NCBI GenBank assembly: GCA_951406725.2
Contig: OX597824.1
Coordinates: 18,042,001 to 18,106,000 of the forward strand
Length of the DNA stretch: 64,000 bases
Reading direction: 5' to 3'
Origin: Octopus vulgaris
Taxonomy: Eukaryota
In this document: one piece after another, positions 1-14,809 of the stretch
Layout: every line of letters begins with the position of its first letter
How positions within the stretch are numbered: the first letter of the stretch is position 1
Program-made: the position numbers and the translations under genes
Notes under the pieces: model-generated
Databases searched by the model: none
The model's input: only the letters and a program-made list of their open reading frames with translations
What the model was told of the DNA's origin: nothing

Positions 1-99
1 ATAAAGGAATTTTCTTTATTCGTGTTTCGTCTACGGTATCGCAGTCGCTTTTATATAGTGGGCAGGCACTATGATATAAGAACTATGATATAAAGTATA

Positions 100-477
100 G
101 GAGCACTCCGTCGGTTACGACGATGAGGGTCCCAGCTGATACGATCAACGGAACAGCTTGCTCGTGATATTAACGTGCAACTGGCTGAGCACTCCACAGA
201 CCCTTAACGTGTACCCTTAACGTAGTTCTCGAGGAGATTCAGCGTGACACACAGAATGTGACAAGGCTGGCCCTTTGAAATACAGGTAAAAGAGAAACAG
301 GAAGAAAGAGCGAGAGAAAGTTGTGGTGAAAGAGTACAGCAGGGTTCACCACCATCCCCTGCCGGAGCCTCGTGCAGCTTTAGGTATTTTCGCTCAATAA
401 ACACTCACAATGCCCGGTCTGGGAATCGAAAACTCGATCCTCCGACCGCGAGTCTGCTGCCCTAACCACTGGGCCAT
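100..477 (-). mobile_element. tRNA-derived SINE, family D
   Basis: The minus strand starts with the tRNA-like head atggcccagtggttagggcagcagactcgcggtcgg...ttcgattccc (A and B boxes). A closely related copy lies at 37484-37868. Confidence 0.85.
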
Positions 478-1030
478 GAAAATATTTGAATGTGAAAATT
501 AATGCTTATTTCACATTAATAAAGCCGTCTCCTCAGAAAGATTATGACAAAAATGCAACAGGACTTTCTGTCCAAACTAGCATATGATGTGATTTGCGAG
601 TTATTTGACTGATGCAGAATACAGAGAGAGCGAGAGCGACTGGGTATACGGTTACTCCCTGTGGATATTTTAGTTTTATTTACCAACTATGAACTCCTGA
701 ATTATAAGAAATATTCAGGCACCACAATTTCAACTCAGAAAGATTTACGAACTAGAACGAAAACAGAAAGTCTCTCTTTGCATGGCTTTTCTTCTACTAA
801 GTTCAGATTCCATCTATGAAGGATTTGATTAACATCAGTCTGGGTTTGATGAAAGCAACAATGTGCTCGAAAATTTTGTTCGCCTATTGAAAATATTTAC
901 TATTTTTCAGAACCAAAACGGAATGTGAAACAGATAAAGAAAATCGCAGTTGACGAACAAAATAGACTTCAACCGAAATTATGAGGAGTGAATCGTAAAC
1001 AGAACAGAGGTTTATATTTGAAGTAATAGT

Positions 1031-1232
<202 letters not shown>

Positions 1233-1377
1233 TGAAATCACCTATATATATATGTATAGAACCGAGTTCACATATAATATATATATGTATATATATATAT
1301 GTACATATATATATACACGACGAAAATTATATAATAGTATATATATATATATATATATATATATACTATACTTATGA

Positions 1378-1439
1378 TACTTACTTTGATAGGTTTCGGC
1401 CATTATTGGCCCAGGCCATGTCTAACCCTTAATAGCACC

Positions 1440-1440
<1 letters not shown>
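1378..1440 (-). mobile_element. Short 3'-end fragment of a CR1-like LINE
   Basis: The reverse complement tggtgctattaagggttagacatggcctgggccaataatggccgaaacc resembles the LINE 3' UTR at 49445-49490 (tggcgatatgttagatatgacctgggccaatactggccaaaagc). It sits between TA tracts. Confidence 0.55.
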
Positions 1441-1515
<75 letters not shown>

Positions 1516-2290
1516 TACTTTAATGCTCACTTTCATTTAGATAGCAAGAATTATATTTTTCGTCAGCACACAACGACAGAACATTTAATTTTTCTGTTTA
1601 ACCAATTTCAATTTATTTACATACATCCTAAATACTCTATTTAAATGAAACAATCGCCATGACAACATAGAATTATACATTTCCCTACAAAAAAAAGTAA
1701 TAATTGTAACGATTGTCAGTTGATAAAATCGACCTATATTTATGATTTAAGAAAATGAAATATCATGAAACAAATTACTATTTTTCTTATCACAATGTAC
1801 GATAATATTACAAATTAAAAAAAACACACACAGACAAAAAAAAACCCAACGAAACACGACATTCTGATTGTTTACAATTGGCACAAGTTAAAATGTAAAT
1901 AAAAAAAACAATCTATTGTTTCAGTCGTTTGCTAGAACTCAATTCGTCCAGACATGAATATACGTTTTCATTATTTCACAATTATATTTTTGTATATGTG
2001 ATATGATATACTCTCTGGTGTGTAAAGCGTACATTGAGAAATACACGCGTAAATGCAGATATAATAAGAGCGTACATAGACGTACATTGTTTTCGATTAT
2101 TTGTTAATTTGTTTTTTGGTTTGTTTATTTTTTTGCAGGTTCTTTTTTTTTTATTGCGTGTACTTTTACCGTTCATTGTCTTTTCTCTGAAATTGCATGG
2201 CTTAAGTTCCACATAGATACCTCTGTTGTTTATCTAACTTTCCTTGGATCCTTCCTTTTTCTAATTTTTAGAGCATCTCTTTCTCTCCTC

Positions 2291-2322
<32 letters not shown>

Positions 2323-2523
2323 AAGTATATATATATATATACATGTAGATATGCATATATATATATACACATACATCTAATATATATAGAATGTATATAT
2401 ATCTGTATTTATAAGTGTGTACATATACATATTTATATATGCATACATATACATATATATATACACGCATTTATATATGTATGTATATATGTATATATAT
2501 ATATATATATACATATATATATT

Positions 2524-2702
<179 letters not shown>

Positions 2703-3253
2703 TATGTATATGATCAACTATTCTGATATGGAAATGTCATCATGCGCATGCCAAGAACCAAACAAGAAACATGAATGTTTTTTTAAAGAAATATTTTCCA
2801 TTTATTTCATGCTTTTTTGCAATGAAAATATTCTTTCATTCCCTTCTCTTTCTCTTTTATCCATCGTCTGATTTATTGATTTCCTTATGTATACACACCA
2901 CACACATACAAAGATACATACATACATACATACATGCATACATGCAGATATATATATATGTGTGTATGCAAGTATGTATATATATATATAAGTATGTATG
3001 TATTTTTAATTATACATTAATTTGTGTCTTTTACTCTGCTACATGTTTGGTTCCTGGCGCACATATGCACATTTTTTATGCTTTGTGCTTTCGTATAGGT
3101 ACGTCTCTGTAATACAGACACACAAACACACACACAAAACCGCATATGCATATGTGTACATACATATATATATGCTCCTGTATAGCACATACGTATATTT
3201 GTATATATGCATGCTTGTATGCATCAACACCGAAAGTATGTTATTTTCTAAAG

Positions 3254-3339
3254 ATTTACGGCAGACAAGAATCACGTCGTACCACTTACTTAACGATCTG
3301 CAAAAACTTAGAATAGATGAGAATTCTGAAGTGTCCTAG
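3254..3339 (+). CDS. Candidate terminal coding exon (phase 1) of an unidentified host gene: (x)LRQTRITSYHLLNDLQKLRIDENSEVS*
   Basis: Acceptor-like ttattttctaaag followed by an open, non-repetitive, protein-like frame ending at TAG. No homology recognised. Confidence 0.3.
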
Positions 3340-3860
3340 TACAGTAGTGTTGTTTACCCGTTTCTGAGAGACTTGAGGAGAGATGGACAAGAATAGAACG
3401 CAGAAATTTGATTAGCATTTTACATGTCGACTTCGGTAGAGAGAAGACAATGTTTCTTTCCTTAGGATTTTGTCACATACGTAGATCTTGAACTGTTACT
3501 GCAAGGCCAGCGCACTAGCGATACCGCCAATGACTGTAAAATATGTGACTGTGCGCGCATGTAAATGTATATGGATATATATATATATATATATGAGTGT
3601 ATGCGAGTGTTTGTCTATGTATATATATAAGAGCAACAAGAGAGTCAGAGACAGGCAGAAACAAGGAAAATGCCCTTTGTATTTGAATACTATGCAAATA
3701 TTCTATTAAAAAATCTTTTCATTAAATTTTTCAAAAATTTAATTGCTTTCCATACTTGGAGTTTAAAAAGTCTCAATGACTGAAACCGGTACTAAAATGT
3801 TTTTTTATGATAAAATTATTTTAGCATTTTCTACCTTGATTTTTTTTCTATATATATATA

Positions 3861-3912
<52 letters not shown>

Positions 3913-4144
3913 ATGTGTATGTATATACATACATATATATATATATATATATATGCATATATACGTATATAGATTATATATATATATATATATATATACA
4001 CTCATATACATATACATATATGTGCGTGCGTGTGTGTGTATATGGATGTGTGGATGTGTGTGAGTATTTAAGTCTGTGAGTGCCGGTCTGTGTGCGCGCT
4101 GGTGTCTCTATATTTTCAACATATATATACATACATATATATAT

Positions 4145-4195
<51 letters not shown>

Positions 4196-4970
4196 TATAT
4201 GTATATATATATGATGTTATTTTCCACATTCAGCATCAAAACCTCGTAACTAGACATTCATAGAGTTATACACGCAAATATATACAAACACACGTGCACT
4301 TTCTTTCCGTCAAACATATTCATCTACTTTCACTTTCACTTACAGATGTTCGCAAACATATTTGTACGCGTTGTTATGCGTTTTCCCAAACCGTATTCTA
4401 TGGGGCTTCTGAAATCACTCTCACATCACTGTATAATGTTGTTCCCCCAGCATATTTCTCAATATCCACATTCTTTCTATCTATATTTTTTCTCTTTCTC
4501 TACTACCGCTTTTCCCATATCTCTCCTTGTCTCTCTGTCTCTCTCTATCTCTCGCTTTCTCTTTCTCTTTCCCACTTTCTCTCACTATCAATCTCCCTTC
4601 TCATCTCTGTATAGACGGTATATTTCAATGTATATTGTTCCTTCAATGCAGATAGAAATTCATTTTTTTTTTCTTTTGTTGGACATTTGAGTTTCTGTTT
4701 AAACGTAAAGAATTGAAGGTCTGCTTTTCTGTTTTTTCCCTAGACACATAGAATCCATGGAAATAACTCTTTGCTGTAAGTGGATATAAATATGAGAATA
4801 ATACTATATGTATTGGCTTCAAAATGTCAAGCAAACTATAACATGAAAATTAACATCTATAATGCAAACGTGCTCTCACGCACAGCTACACACGCACCTA
4901 ACAAACAAGAGGAAATATAAGTATAGGCACCCACACGCAGCTAGAAACACAGTGTATACATATACATACA

Positions 4971-5016
<46 letters not shown>

Positions 5017-5092
5017 GATACATATTTATATGTATATATATATATATATATATATGCGTATATACGTACACATATACATATATGCATATATG

Positions 5093-5134
<42 letters not shown>

Positions 5135-5303
5135 TCACAAATTTATATCCTTTGGTACATATGTATATATGTATAAATATTTAATCTACGCCTTACAAAA
5201 CATCTCTCAATTGAAGACATGTATCTTCATGGCAATTGTTAAAATATTCTTTTCATGAGTAGACGGTTAAAATATTCTTTTCATGTTCTGGCCATTTTCT
5301 GAA

Positions 5304-5358
<55 letters not shown>

Positions 5359-6228
5359 GTATATATACATATACCTGTATCATTTAGGAGTATTAGTGTA
5401 GAATAGAAAACGCATGAATACCTATGAATGCCTTTAACTAATATCGTAGGATGTTTTCGTAACCTCGTCCTCGCCATCCTCCTCCTCCTCATCATCATCA
5501 TCCTCCTCTCATCATCATCATCATTATCTTCGTTGTCTTTTTTGTCATCCCGTCTTCGTTACCATCGCTATTGTTATCACCATCCACTTCCCCTTCATCA
5601 TCATATTAGTCTGAAAAATATAATGATTTTTTTTCAGCTAACTGATCCTATGCTGGGGATGGGGACACTCTTCAGTGGAGCCTTTCTCTCTATTCTCATC
5701 GGTGTATCAACAAGTTCATTGGTGGTCAGTCTCTCCTGCTTTTTTTTCTCTCACCATTCTCTCTAAATGAAAGGTCGATGAGGGCTTTGGCATAGAAGAA
5801 ACGAAATATTCCTCTCCTCCAGTGGTATCCACAATAGAATATCATTCACTTTAGTAACTATAGAAAAATTGAATAGCATTTCGATTGAAGGAACGTGTTG
5901 ATTTTCACAACAGACGCAACGGATAGCCGGATCATTTGCAAATGCGACAAAAGCTACACAACAAAATTTTACTCAGTTGCTATGCTCGATACTAAACAAA
6001 TACGTATGGAAAAGATTATGGAAAAGATTCGTGAAATATGTACATCTTCGGGAGGCCTGACGGGTTCAAATTTGCACCTATAGAGTTATCTACCTTAGTT
6101 GAAGTCTCTTTTGAAAGATCTACGATGACAAGGGTTTGGGGGGAAGTACAAAATTTCTGTGTAGAAGCTATTTCAAATTCATTCACTTCGTTCCTTAAAA
6201 CAGCACCATTAAAAGAAAATGGCTTATC

Positions 6229-6414
6229 GGTATTTCATCTGCCGCTACGTTCTGAGTTCAAATTCCGCCGAGGTCGACTATACTCTTCATCCTTTCTGCG
6301 TCCATAAATTAAGTACCAGTTACGCACTGAGGTCGATGTAATCGACTTAATCCGTTTGTCAGTCATTGTTTATCCCCTCTGTCTTTAGCCCCTTGTGGGT
6401 ATTAAAGAAATAGG
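6229..6414 (+). mobile_element. SINE family A, 5'-truncated (Deu/Nin-like central domain)
   Basis: ggtatttcatctgccgctacgttctgagttcaaattccgccgaggtcgac...aaagaaatag matches the family A body. Confidence 0.9.
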
Positions 6415-6667
6415 CATTAATTTTTGTCAGTCACATCCTACATGATATTTCCACAATCATTTCTCCAACACTTAGAATCTGATGGCAGGCCTCTCAGCAA
6501 AATTTTCTGCCCTCTCTCTCTCTCTCTCTCTCTCTTTCTCACTCACTCACTCGCTCGCTCTCTCTGACCCCTTTATGTTTCAGAGAGAATGAGGTCCTTG
6601 TAATAAAAGGGGCGAAATTGAGACCTTGCCTGTTTACCATAGAATAATAAAAATAACAATCCTTTTG

Positions 6668-6850
6668 ACTGAAGGCTGGAAATTTTGGGAGAGGGGACTC
6701 GACTATTATATCGATCCCAGTGTGTAACTGGTACTTATTTCATCGAACCTAAATGGATTAAAGGCGAACTCGACCGCAGCGGTATTTGAACTCTGAACTT
6801 TAAAACAGACGAACTACCCGGATTACTAACGCTTCTGCCATCTCGACGCA
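6668..6850 (-). mobile_element. SINE family A, old diverged copy
   Basis: Reverse-complement matches to the head (gctggcagaa.cgttag), B box (gttcaaat) and aagtaccagttac core. Confidence 0.7.
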
Positions 6851-7044
6851 TAATAAGTGGTAGCTGTTCACAAACAGTGGAATTTTATTATTATTATTAT
6901 TTCATTATTAGTATTGTTGTTGTTGTTGTTTCTATTATCACCACCACCATCATCATCATCATCATTTACAGCAGGAGTTTCAGCATAAATGCCATTTTAT
7001 TGTAACTGAAACCTCGAACTTTAAAGGCATTAAGTTGTGTCAAT

Positions 7045-7463
7045 TAAGACGGCGAGCTGGCAGAAACGTTAGCACGCCGGGCGAAATGCTTAGCGGTATT
7101 TCGTCTGCGTAACGTTGTGAGTTCAAATTCCGCCGAGGTCGACTGTGCCTTTCATCCTTTCGGGGTCGATAAATTAAGTACCAGTTACGCACTGGGGTCG
7201 ATGTAATCGACTTAATACCTATGTCTGTCCTTGTTTGTCCCCTCTGTGTTTAGCCCCTTGTGCGTACTAAAGAAATGGGTATTTCATCTGCCGCTACGTT
7301 CTGAGTTCAAATTCCGCCGAGGTCGACTTTACTCTTCATCCTTTATGGGTCGATAAATTAAGTACCAGTTACGCACTGAGGTCGATGTAATCGACTTAAT
7401 CCGTTTGTCTGTCATTGTTTATCCCCTCTCTGTTTAGCCCCTTGTGGGTAGTAAAGAAATAGG
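7045..7463 (+). mobile_element. SINE family A dimer (full unit plus 5'-truncated unit)
   Basis: Head aagacggcgagctggcagaaacgttagcacgccgggcg, then the Deu/Nin-like gcctttcatcctttcggggtcgataaattaagtacca. The second unit starts at ggtatttc (7278). Confidence 0.92.
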
Positions 7464-8492
7464 CATTAATTTCTGTCTGTTACAACCTACATGATATTTC
7501 CACAATCATTTCTCCAACACTTAGAATCTGAGGTAATTTCTAAAAAGTTTTCATGCACACGTACCAATAATTTTCTATCTTTCCATGTTAGACAATCAAT
7601 ATATTCTTTTTTAATCATATACGAATATTATTGTCAACAAAATCGTTCTTTTGTCGGCAAAACAAGACATATATTTGCACATGCATTTTTCAGTTATATT
7701 CATGAGGCATAATACAATATCAATTCCTGTTTATTGAAGTTATAAACTATTGATTAACGTTTATAAAATGCTTCACTTTTTGCTCATTTAAAATGTTATA
7801 CACGATCATTTTTGCTTTATTTTTCAGTATTTACTTTTTTAATTCAAAGAACATTTAAATCTTTAATGGACTAAAATTGCAAGTAGGTGTATCCTATTTG
7901 CATGAGGATAATAGCTAAAGTAAATTAAATATTAGTACTTTAAAGTCGTATGTTCTTTTAAAAATACATTATACTTTAGACCTCTCATTGCTCAGTCAGG
8001 AATAATTTACGTCTCAGTCGAATGAAGAATGAAATGGGGAAATGCTAAATAATATAGTTTTAATTGTATTCTATTTATTCTTTCTCTTAGAAAGTCTTTT
8101 TATGTTCTGTTTGATCCGAAGTGAAAATCTGCCTAAATGACTTGGAAATTCATTAATTATCTTATGAAGAAGTTTCTTATGAACCTGTTCAACTGGGAAA
8201 ACGTATCATTTCACTTCGCTTTGCTTGTTTACTGTGTTTTTTTTCTCTCTTTTAATACTACTAATTCTACTCTGATTGTATTCTCACCTAGTACTCGCAA
8301 TTATATTTCGCTCATTCAACACTAACATTTTTGCAACACCATATATTTTTTCTTTCATTCTTCAATAATTTTTGTCTTTCTTTTACAAATATAATTATTC
8401 CATGAATATTTATTCGGTGATTGCCATTTCACTACGTGTGTATATACATGTCTGTGTGTGCCAGTGAACATATAAATGTGTATATACACATG

Positions 8493-8523
<31 letters not shown>

Positions 8524-8914
8524 CTAAAAGGTGTTTTTTTTTTCTAATTTATATATATATATATTTATATTCTAAAGTCTTTCGCTAAGCAGCTGTGAGT
8601 AGAAAGCCAAAAAGCAATTTCACAATTAGATAATTTTATAAAAACTATCTTTTTAGATTTAATTAGATTCATAGTATTCCTGAATATATTATTTATCACA
8701 AGCATTATTGTTACAATAATTGCAGAAACGACTTTGGAAGTTCAGGAATGTTAATACATATATATTTATTACCATAACAACATGAACTATATATTCGCGT
8801 TTCTGCGCTCATTTATGCGTGCTAATACTTGTCTGTGTTACGTATGCATGCGTATGTGTACATGTGTATTTTGTGTGTCATCACAACAGGTGTATTAATT
8901 ATTTATGATTCAGT

Positions 8915-9430
8915 GATGTTGTCGAAGTTGTGGATCGCTTTCTTTATTTCGGCAATTTGATTCTTAGCGGCATTAGCTGTGAGTCTGAAGTCCTAAAAGA
9001 GAATTGGACGAGTTGATGCAGTTGTAGAATCACCAAAAAAAAAAGAGGGGATTTTAGTGTTGCTGATATCTGAACAGGAGGACAAAATCTCGGGTTTTTA
9101 TGCCCCTGGTTCTCCCTTCCTGCTCTGTTGTTGTGAGACGTAGACTCTGTCCGGAGCCTTTGGGATTCGCTTGAACTCTTTGATAGGAGGACATAGATTA
9201 CCATTGTTGAGATTTAGTATCCAGCCAAAGACTAAGCTCACAAACACGGATACATCCTGTTACGAGTATTATTCGGGACCGCCAGGTCAGGCTGTTTTGT
9301 CATGTAGCTAAATTTACCAAGTTAGACCCAGGTTACTGTGTTCTCTTCAGTGAGGATGCAAGTGGGTTGACAGCTCGTGTTGATCGACCACACACCTCAT
9401 GGTCAGAGCAGATGAGGAAGTATATCGCTG
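8915..9430 (+). mobile_element. Degenerate RTE-clade LINE reverse transcriptase fragment
   Basis: Translates with frameshifts and stops to DVVEVVDRFLYFGNLILSGISCESEVLK, YLNRRTK, CET*TL and IIRDRQVRLFCHVAK, typical of the RTE RT C-terminal region. Confidence 0.8.
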
Positions 9431-10156
9431 AGCTATTTTCTATATTTAACTCAAAGTATATCACTGGGTACCTTACTGGAACTCTGCTCGGCTGGTCACC
9501 TTGGAAGACCCAGAAATATACTGACAAATTGTGAATGCATCAACACAAAGCAACGGCCCATGTTCCCTTGCTTGACCGAACTTGGCCTAAGTGGTATTGT
9601 ACTGTGAGTGCGCGCGCGTGTGAGTGTTTTCATTCATGTGTGTGGGTGTTTTATCTGTGTAGTTTAAAGAGTCCAGCAGAATTTTAAACATAAACACATC
9701 AAAATATACATGAATAACATCGAGATGCGGTGTTGTGATTCTACGAATATGTTGTCCCTGTACAAAACAAGACCAGTAACCTAACCACCCGGAACAGAAT
9801 GATGGAGTCGATTTGAATTTATCCTGATTATATGTACCACTGAAGGAAAGTCAAAAGTTCTTTTATTGAGCATATCTTAGTAACTAAATGCAACAGGATT
9901 CTTTATCAAATTATATTTAGCAATGGATATTGTTAATATAATGACTTTTCTAATATAATATACATCGTTAATGAGAATTGGTTTCCTCCAATCCTGTGCA
10001 CTTTCCAGTGCTATGAATATGAAGTTAATTTTCCAATTTAATCACATACATTTCGTTTCCGGAATAATATCATATATATGTTACGTCTTCGATTCCGCTT
10101 CAACTGTTGACTTCACGTGAAAGAAGTTCAAAACATACACCGACACCAAACACACA

Positions 10157-10231
<75 letters not shown>

Positions 10232-10261
10232 CGTACATGTGTGTGTGTGTGTGTGTGTGTG

Positions 10262-10445
10262 GCGAGAGTTCACGAAAAAAACAAAAGACGAAGACAGGTG
10301 GTGTACAAAACAAACAGATGTATTAGTATAACGCTCAGGAATAGAAAATGTCTTTTACATTTCGAGCCTACGCTCATCTACAAAAAGGGACACAGATAAA
10401 AAACAAGGAGAGAAAAAAATGTGTGTAGTGGCTATCGATCTATAA
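10262..10445 (-). mobile_element. Short non-autonomous repeat (family H1) with a degenerate hammerhead-like motif, probably Penelope-related
   Basis: Minus strand ...gatgagcgtaggctcgaaatgtaaaagac...ctaatacatctgtttg...gtcttcgtcttttg. Homologous to 19830-19992 and 38617-38820, and flanked by microsatellites. Confidence 0.65.
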
Positions 10446-10782
10446 TACATATATATATATATATATATATACACTTTGGGATGGTCATTGGTTTGTCAAA
10501 TAAAGACACTCCATATATTCGCTTTTCACTTGTTTATTATTGTTCGTATTTTATGTGCATGGTCTGGAAATCTTTTATCACACGTCCTGTGGTTTTTGTT
10601 TCAGCGATTTTCCATCCCACACGTCTCCCACTGGTCTGTTCAGTCCATTCCCTCTTTCTATTATAGAATATTGACATAAAGTAAAAACAGTAATAAGACA
10701 AGTGGAGGACGAATATATATATATACGAAATATAACAATTAACGATTTCACATCAGGAATGTTGCAAAACAAATGCATACAA

Positions 10783-10887
<105 letters not shown>

Positions 10888-12009
10888 CTCATGTTTTGAG
10901 TTGCATTTTCCTGCTTGCTTCACCAAACATTCATATACCTATCTACATACATGCACATATATATATACATATATACATACATATATACATATATATATAT
11001 ATACATGTTTATATACATATATTTGTGTCTATATATACTTATAAATATACATATATATATATACATATACATATAAAACATATATATACATATATATACA
11101 TACATATATATTCGTAGATATATATATATATATATACATATATATATACATATATATGTAAATATATATATATACATATATATACATACATATATATTCG
11201 TAGATATATATATATATACGTATATATGTAAATATATATATACATACATATATATATATGTATATAGGATAGACAGTTAGATGGATATGTATGTCTGTAT
11301 GTGTGTATACACATACAGACACACATATATGCATACACATATATATACATATATGTGTATATGTATATATATATACGCATGGCTTCTACATAAAGCGTCA
11401 TACCAAATGCTTCGTAAGCGGTTTGCATTGAAATTTTAATAAATTTGATTAGTACGATATACACTGAAACCCATATTAAAATTTATTTCCGCTCAAATAG
11501 AAATTGAAGGAAAATACAAATATAAAAAGAAAAATTGAATGGTTGCGCAAAACGTAGATGTAAATACGTAATTTTAATATAATATTGAAAATATTTCTAA
11601 ATTTAATTATATTAAATTACATTAAAAGAATATTTAGTCAAAATTCCATTTATGAATAAAAAATCTCCAAAACTCCATTGTAGGTCGGAATATTAACTGG
11701 AAAATGAAACCGAAATAAAATAATTATGATTTAACATCATACATTCTTACTAATAGACATGCTCACACATTTGCAACTCACATACGCGTCTAAAGACACA
11801 GATATATCCACGTATCAGCTTTGGGTGAGTGTGATTTGTACCTGTCTATGTCTGCTTGTTACTGTGTATGTATATGTATATATTTAGATGTATAACATAA
11901 ATATACAGAAGGAAAGACAATGAGACAGTAAAATCTTGCATCTAGTCATGAGTGAGTAATATTAAAGAACATTGTCAGACGGCGGCAGACACATATAATT
12001 ATATATACA

Positions 12010-12198
12010 CAGGCAGCGAGCTGGCAGAAACGTTACCGCGCCGGGCGAAATGCTTTTCGTTATTCGTCTGCCGCTGCGTTCTGAGTTCAAATTCCGTCGA
12101 GGTCGACTTTGCCTTTCATCCTTTCAGGGTCGATTGAATAAGTACCAGTTACGCACTGGGGTCGATATAATCGACTTAATCCGTTTGTCTGTCCTTGT
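12010..12198 (+). mobile_element. SINE family A
   Basis: Head and body match; the 3' end runs into (TA)n. Confidence 0.9.
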
Positions 12199-12258
<60 letters not shown>

Positions 12259-12263
12259 GTATA

Positions 12264-12330
<67 letters not shown>

Positions 12331-13071
12331 GCCGTTTGGAAATAGATTACAAACAACAAGTAACATTCACTTCTGGAGTCAAATTTAAATGCGATATCTG
12401 TCATAAATACAATGGTTTCGATGCATAGCGAGTAGCAGCTTATCTGACTGGCCGTTGGTTAGTATATATATATAACACAAAACAATAACAACTACAGCAA
12501 CAACAACAAGGAAGGAGAAATATGATAGTGTTTTTTTGTTTTTTTTAATATTCACTCAGGGTTCGCTAAATCTTTGGGGTCAGCAAGATCCCTATCTCTC
12601 TGTCTGTGTATACCTAATCTATTATTTACACATGTAGGTGTGCTGATATGAAATATGCATTAGTAATCATCTTTTGCTTTCCATATAAACGAAAACCCAA
12701 TGCCGAATCATCATTCAGATTTTCTGTTGAATCCGTTCATCGCGTCTATCATTTCAACATTAACGTTTTGTGTTTGATTATTTTTCTGTTGTGTTTTTTT
12801 TTCTTACTTGTTTATATTCCATTGTTGTTCATTTGTGATCCCATATATCTATAAGCAAAATGGAAGACATACTAACAACATCTTCATACGCTTTACGCTG
12901 TTATTTTTATTTTCATTTTCTTGTGTGTGTTTGTGTGATAGAATAAAACAATGCATACCCCTGTTCGGTTTCTTTATTGTTAGCTTCGTTTAAATTCTTT
13001 TCTTTTGTTATATAGTTTCTAGTGCAATACGCCTCCTGAAACGAAACAAGCGATTTACTAACTTGATCAAG

Positions 13072-13149
13072 AGATTCGGGGTAGACAGACACAAGATAGA
13101 CGGATGGGTACCGGAAGCGTCAATAATAATATTATGAACTATCTGGAAG
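13072..13149 (+). CDS. Candidate 78-nt phase 1-1 exon: (x)IRGRQTQDRRMGTGSVNNNIMNYLE
   Basis: TACTAAC branch-point motif at 13056-13062, AG at 13070-71, donor GAAG|gt at 13150. An overlapping alternative from acceptor 13016 reads SSAIRLLKRNKRFTNLIKRFGVDRHKIDGWVPEASIIIL* (stop at 13137). Confidence 0.3.
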
Positions 13150-13357
13150 GTGTTTTTTTTTTTGTTTTTCTTTATATCTTTCTTTTCACCTTGCTTTCTT
13201 GTATTCTAGATTTATCTCCTTAGAGATAGCGGTCAACGTGTAAGTTATAAACGGCAAATCGACTCGAAGTAATCAGAAGACACATCAATGGCCGTCAGCC
13301 ATCTTGCAGATTGAAACAAACGTTTTTTATTGTTTTGTTTATATGGTTTCTGCTTAG

Positions 13358-13402
13358 ATTTATCAGTTACAACAGATGAGATTGTCGACACAAACGAAAG
13401 AG
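13358..13402 (+). CDS. Candidate 45-nt phase 1-1 exon: (D)LSVTTDEIVDTNER
   Basis: T-rich tract plus tttctgcttag acceptor, GAG|gtttgc donor, frame-preserving length. Confidence 0.35.
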
Positions 13403-13501
13403 GTTTGCGATGTAGTATTTTAGCGGTTTTATTTCTTTCTCTTCCTGCTTATAGCTTACTTGTTTATTCAATGATTTAACGTAATTTTCATTTTCTCTCA
13501 G

Positions 13502-13521
13502 CCAAACAAAATCTTACTTGA
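13502..13521 (+). CDS. Candidate terminal coding exon start: (A)KQNLT*
   Basis: Strong acceptor ttttcattttctctcag, in phase with the 13358-13402 exon. Confidence 0.25.
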
Positions 13522-14084
13522 AGGCTTTCCTGACATTTTTTTGCTAACTATAAATATATCCATTTTTTTTTTTCATTTTGACTTTTTTTGTTCATATCTT
13601 TCTTTGTTAATGTTTCCTCCTAGTTAGACAGGTATATGTCGGAGTGTACGTATAAGAGAATATAGCTGGGGAAATATATATAAAAGTACAAAAAAAAAAA
13701 TTAGTTAATGGATTTAGCTGACCAAGCGAAGGCTTGACGATGCTTCTAGCTATTTCTAGGAATTTTTTTTTTTTACTTTGTTTCCTTTATATGTTTGCTT
13801 TAAACTTATTATTAGCAAACATGATTACTCAGTTCTTTTTTTTTTTTTGTCTTGCCTTTTGTCCTTTGCTTGTTTATATTTTTATTTCTGGTTTTGGCTC
13901 TATCAATGGACGTTGATATCACGATTCGAAATGGCCAAAATTACTTTAAGAAAGTAAAAGATCTGATAAGCACATACCCACGCACACACACCCAAGAATA
14001 CTAGAATTGGAGCATATATGTGCGTATGTACGTGTTAGCGCGTGTATGTGTGCGTATTAAACGAATGTACATACATGAATACAT

Positions 14085-14134
<50 letters not shown>

Positions 14135-14142
14135 TTCTATAC

Positions 14143-14189
<47 letters not shown>

Positions 14190-14231
14190 ATATACATACA
14201 CATATACATATACATTATATTTGTGAGTATA

Positions 14232-14284
<53 letters not shown>

Positions 14285-14326
14285 ATATACATACACATAT
14301 ACATATACATTATATTTGTGAGTATA

Positions 14327-14367
<41 letters not shown>

Positions 14368-14645
14368 GTTTGTTGTGTTTAGGTGAGAATTATGACATAT
14401 TAAGGGTATAAATGACATGCCCGCAAGTCCTTCATCTATCATCCTGCTGTTTGTCTCTTAACAGAAGAAACCATAATGCGAAAACCTTACAATATCCTAC
14501 ACTAAGACTTTTTTGCTGTTATTTTCCTTCTTCTTTTTTTTGCGTTTAACTCTCTCCGTCCCATTCCTTATCTTTCCTACCATTTTTCGGTTTTTCTGAT
14601 TTCCCTTCTCAAACTAATGACATTATATTTACATACGCATGCGTT

Positions 14646-14676
<31 letters not shown>

Positions 14677-14741
14677 ACACATACACTCAAACAAACGCGC
14701 ACACACCACACACAAATGTACACACATACCCACATATGTAT

Positions 14742-14809
<68 letters not shown>

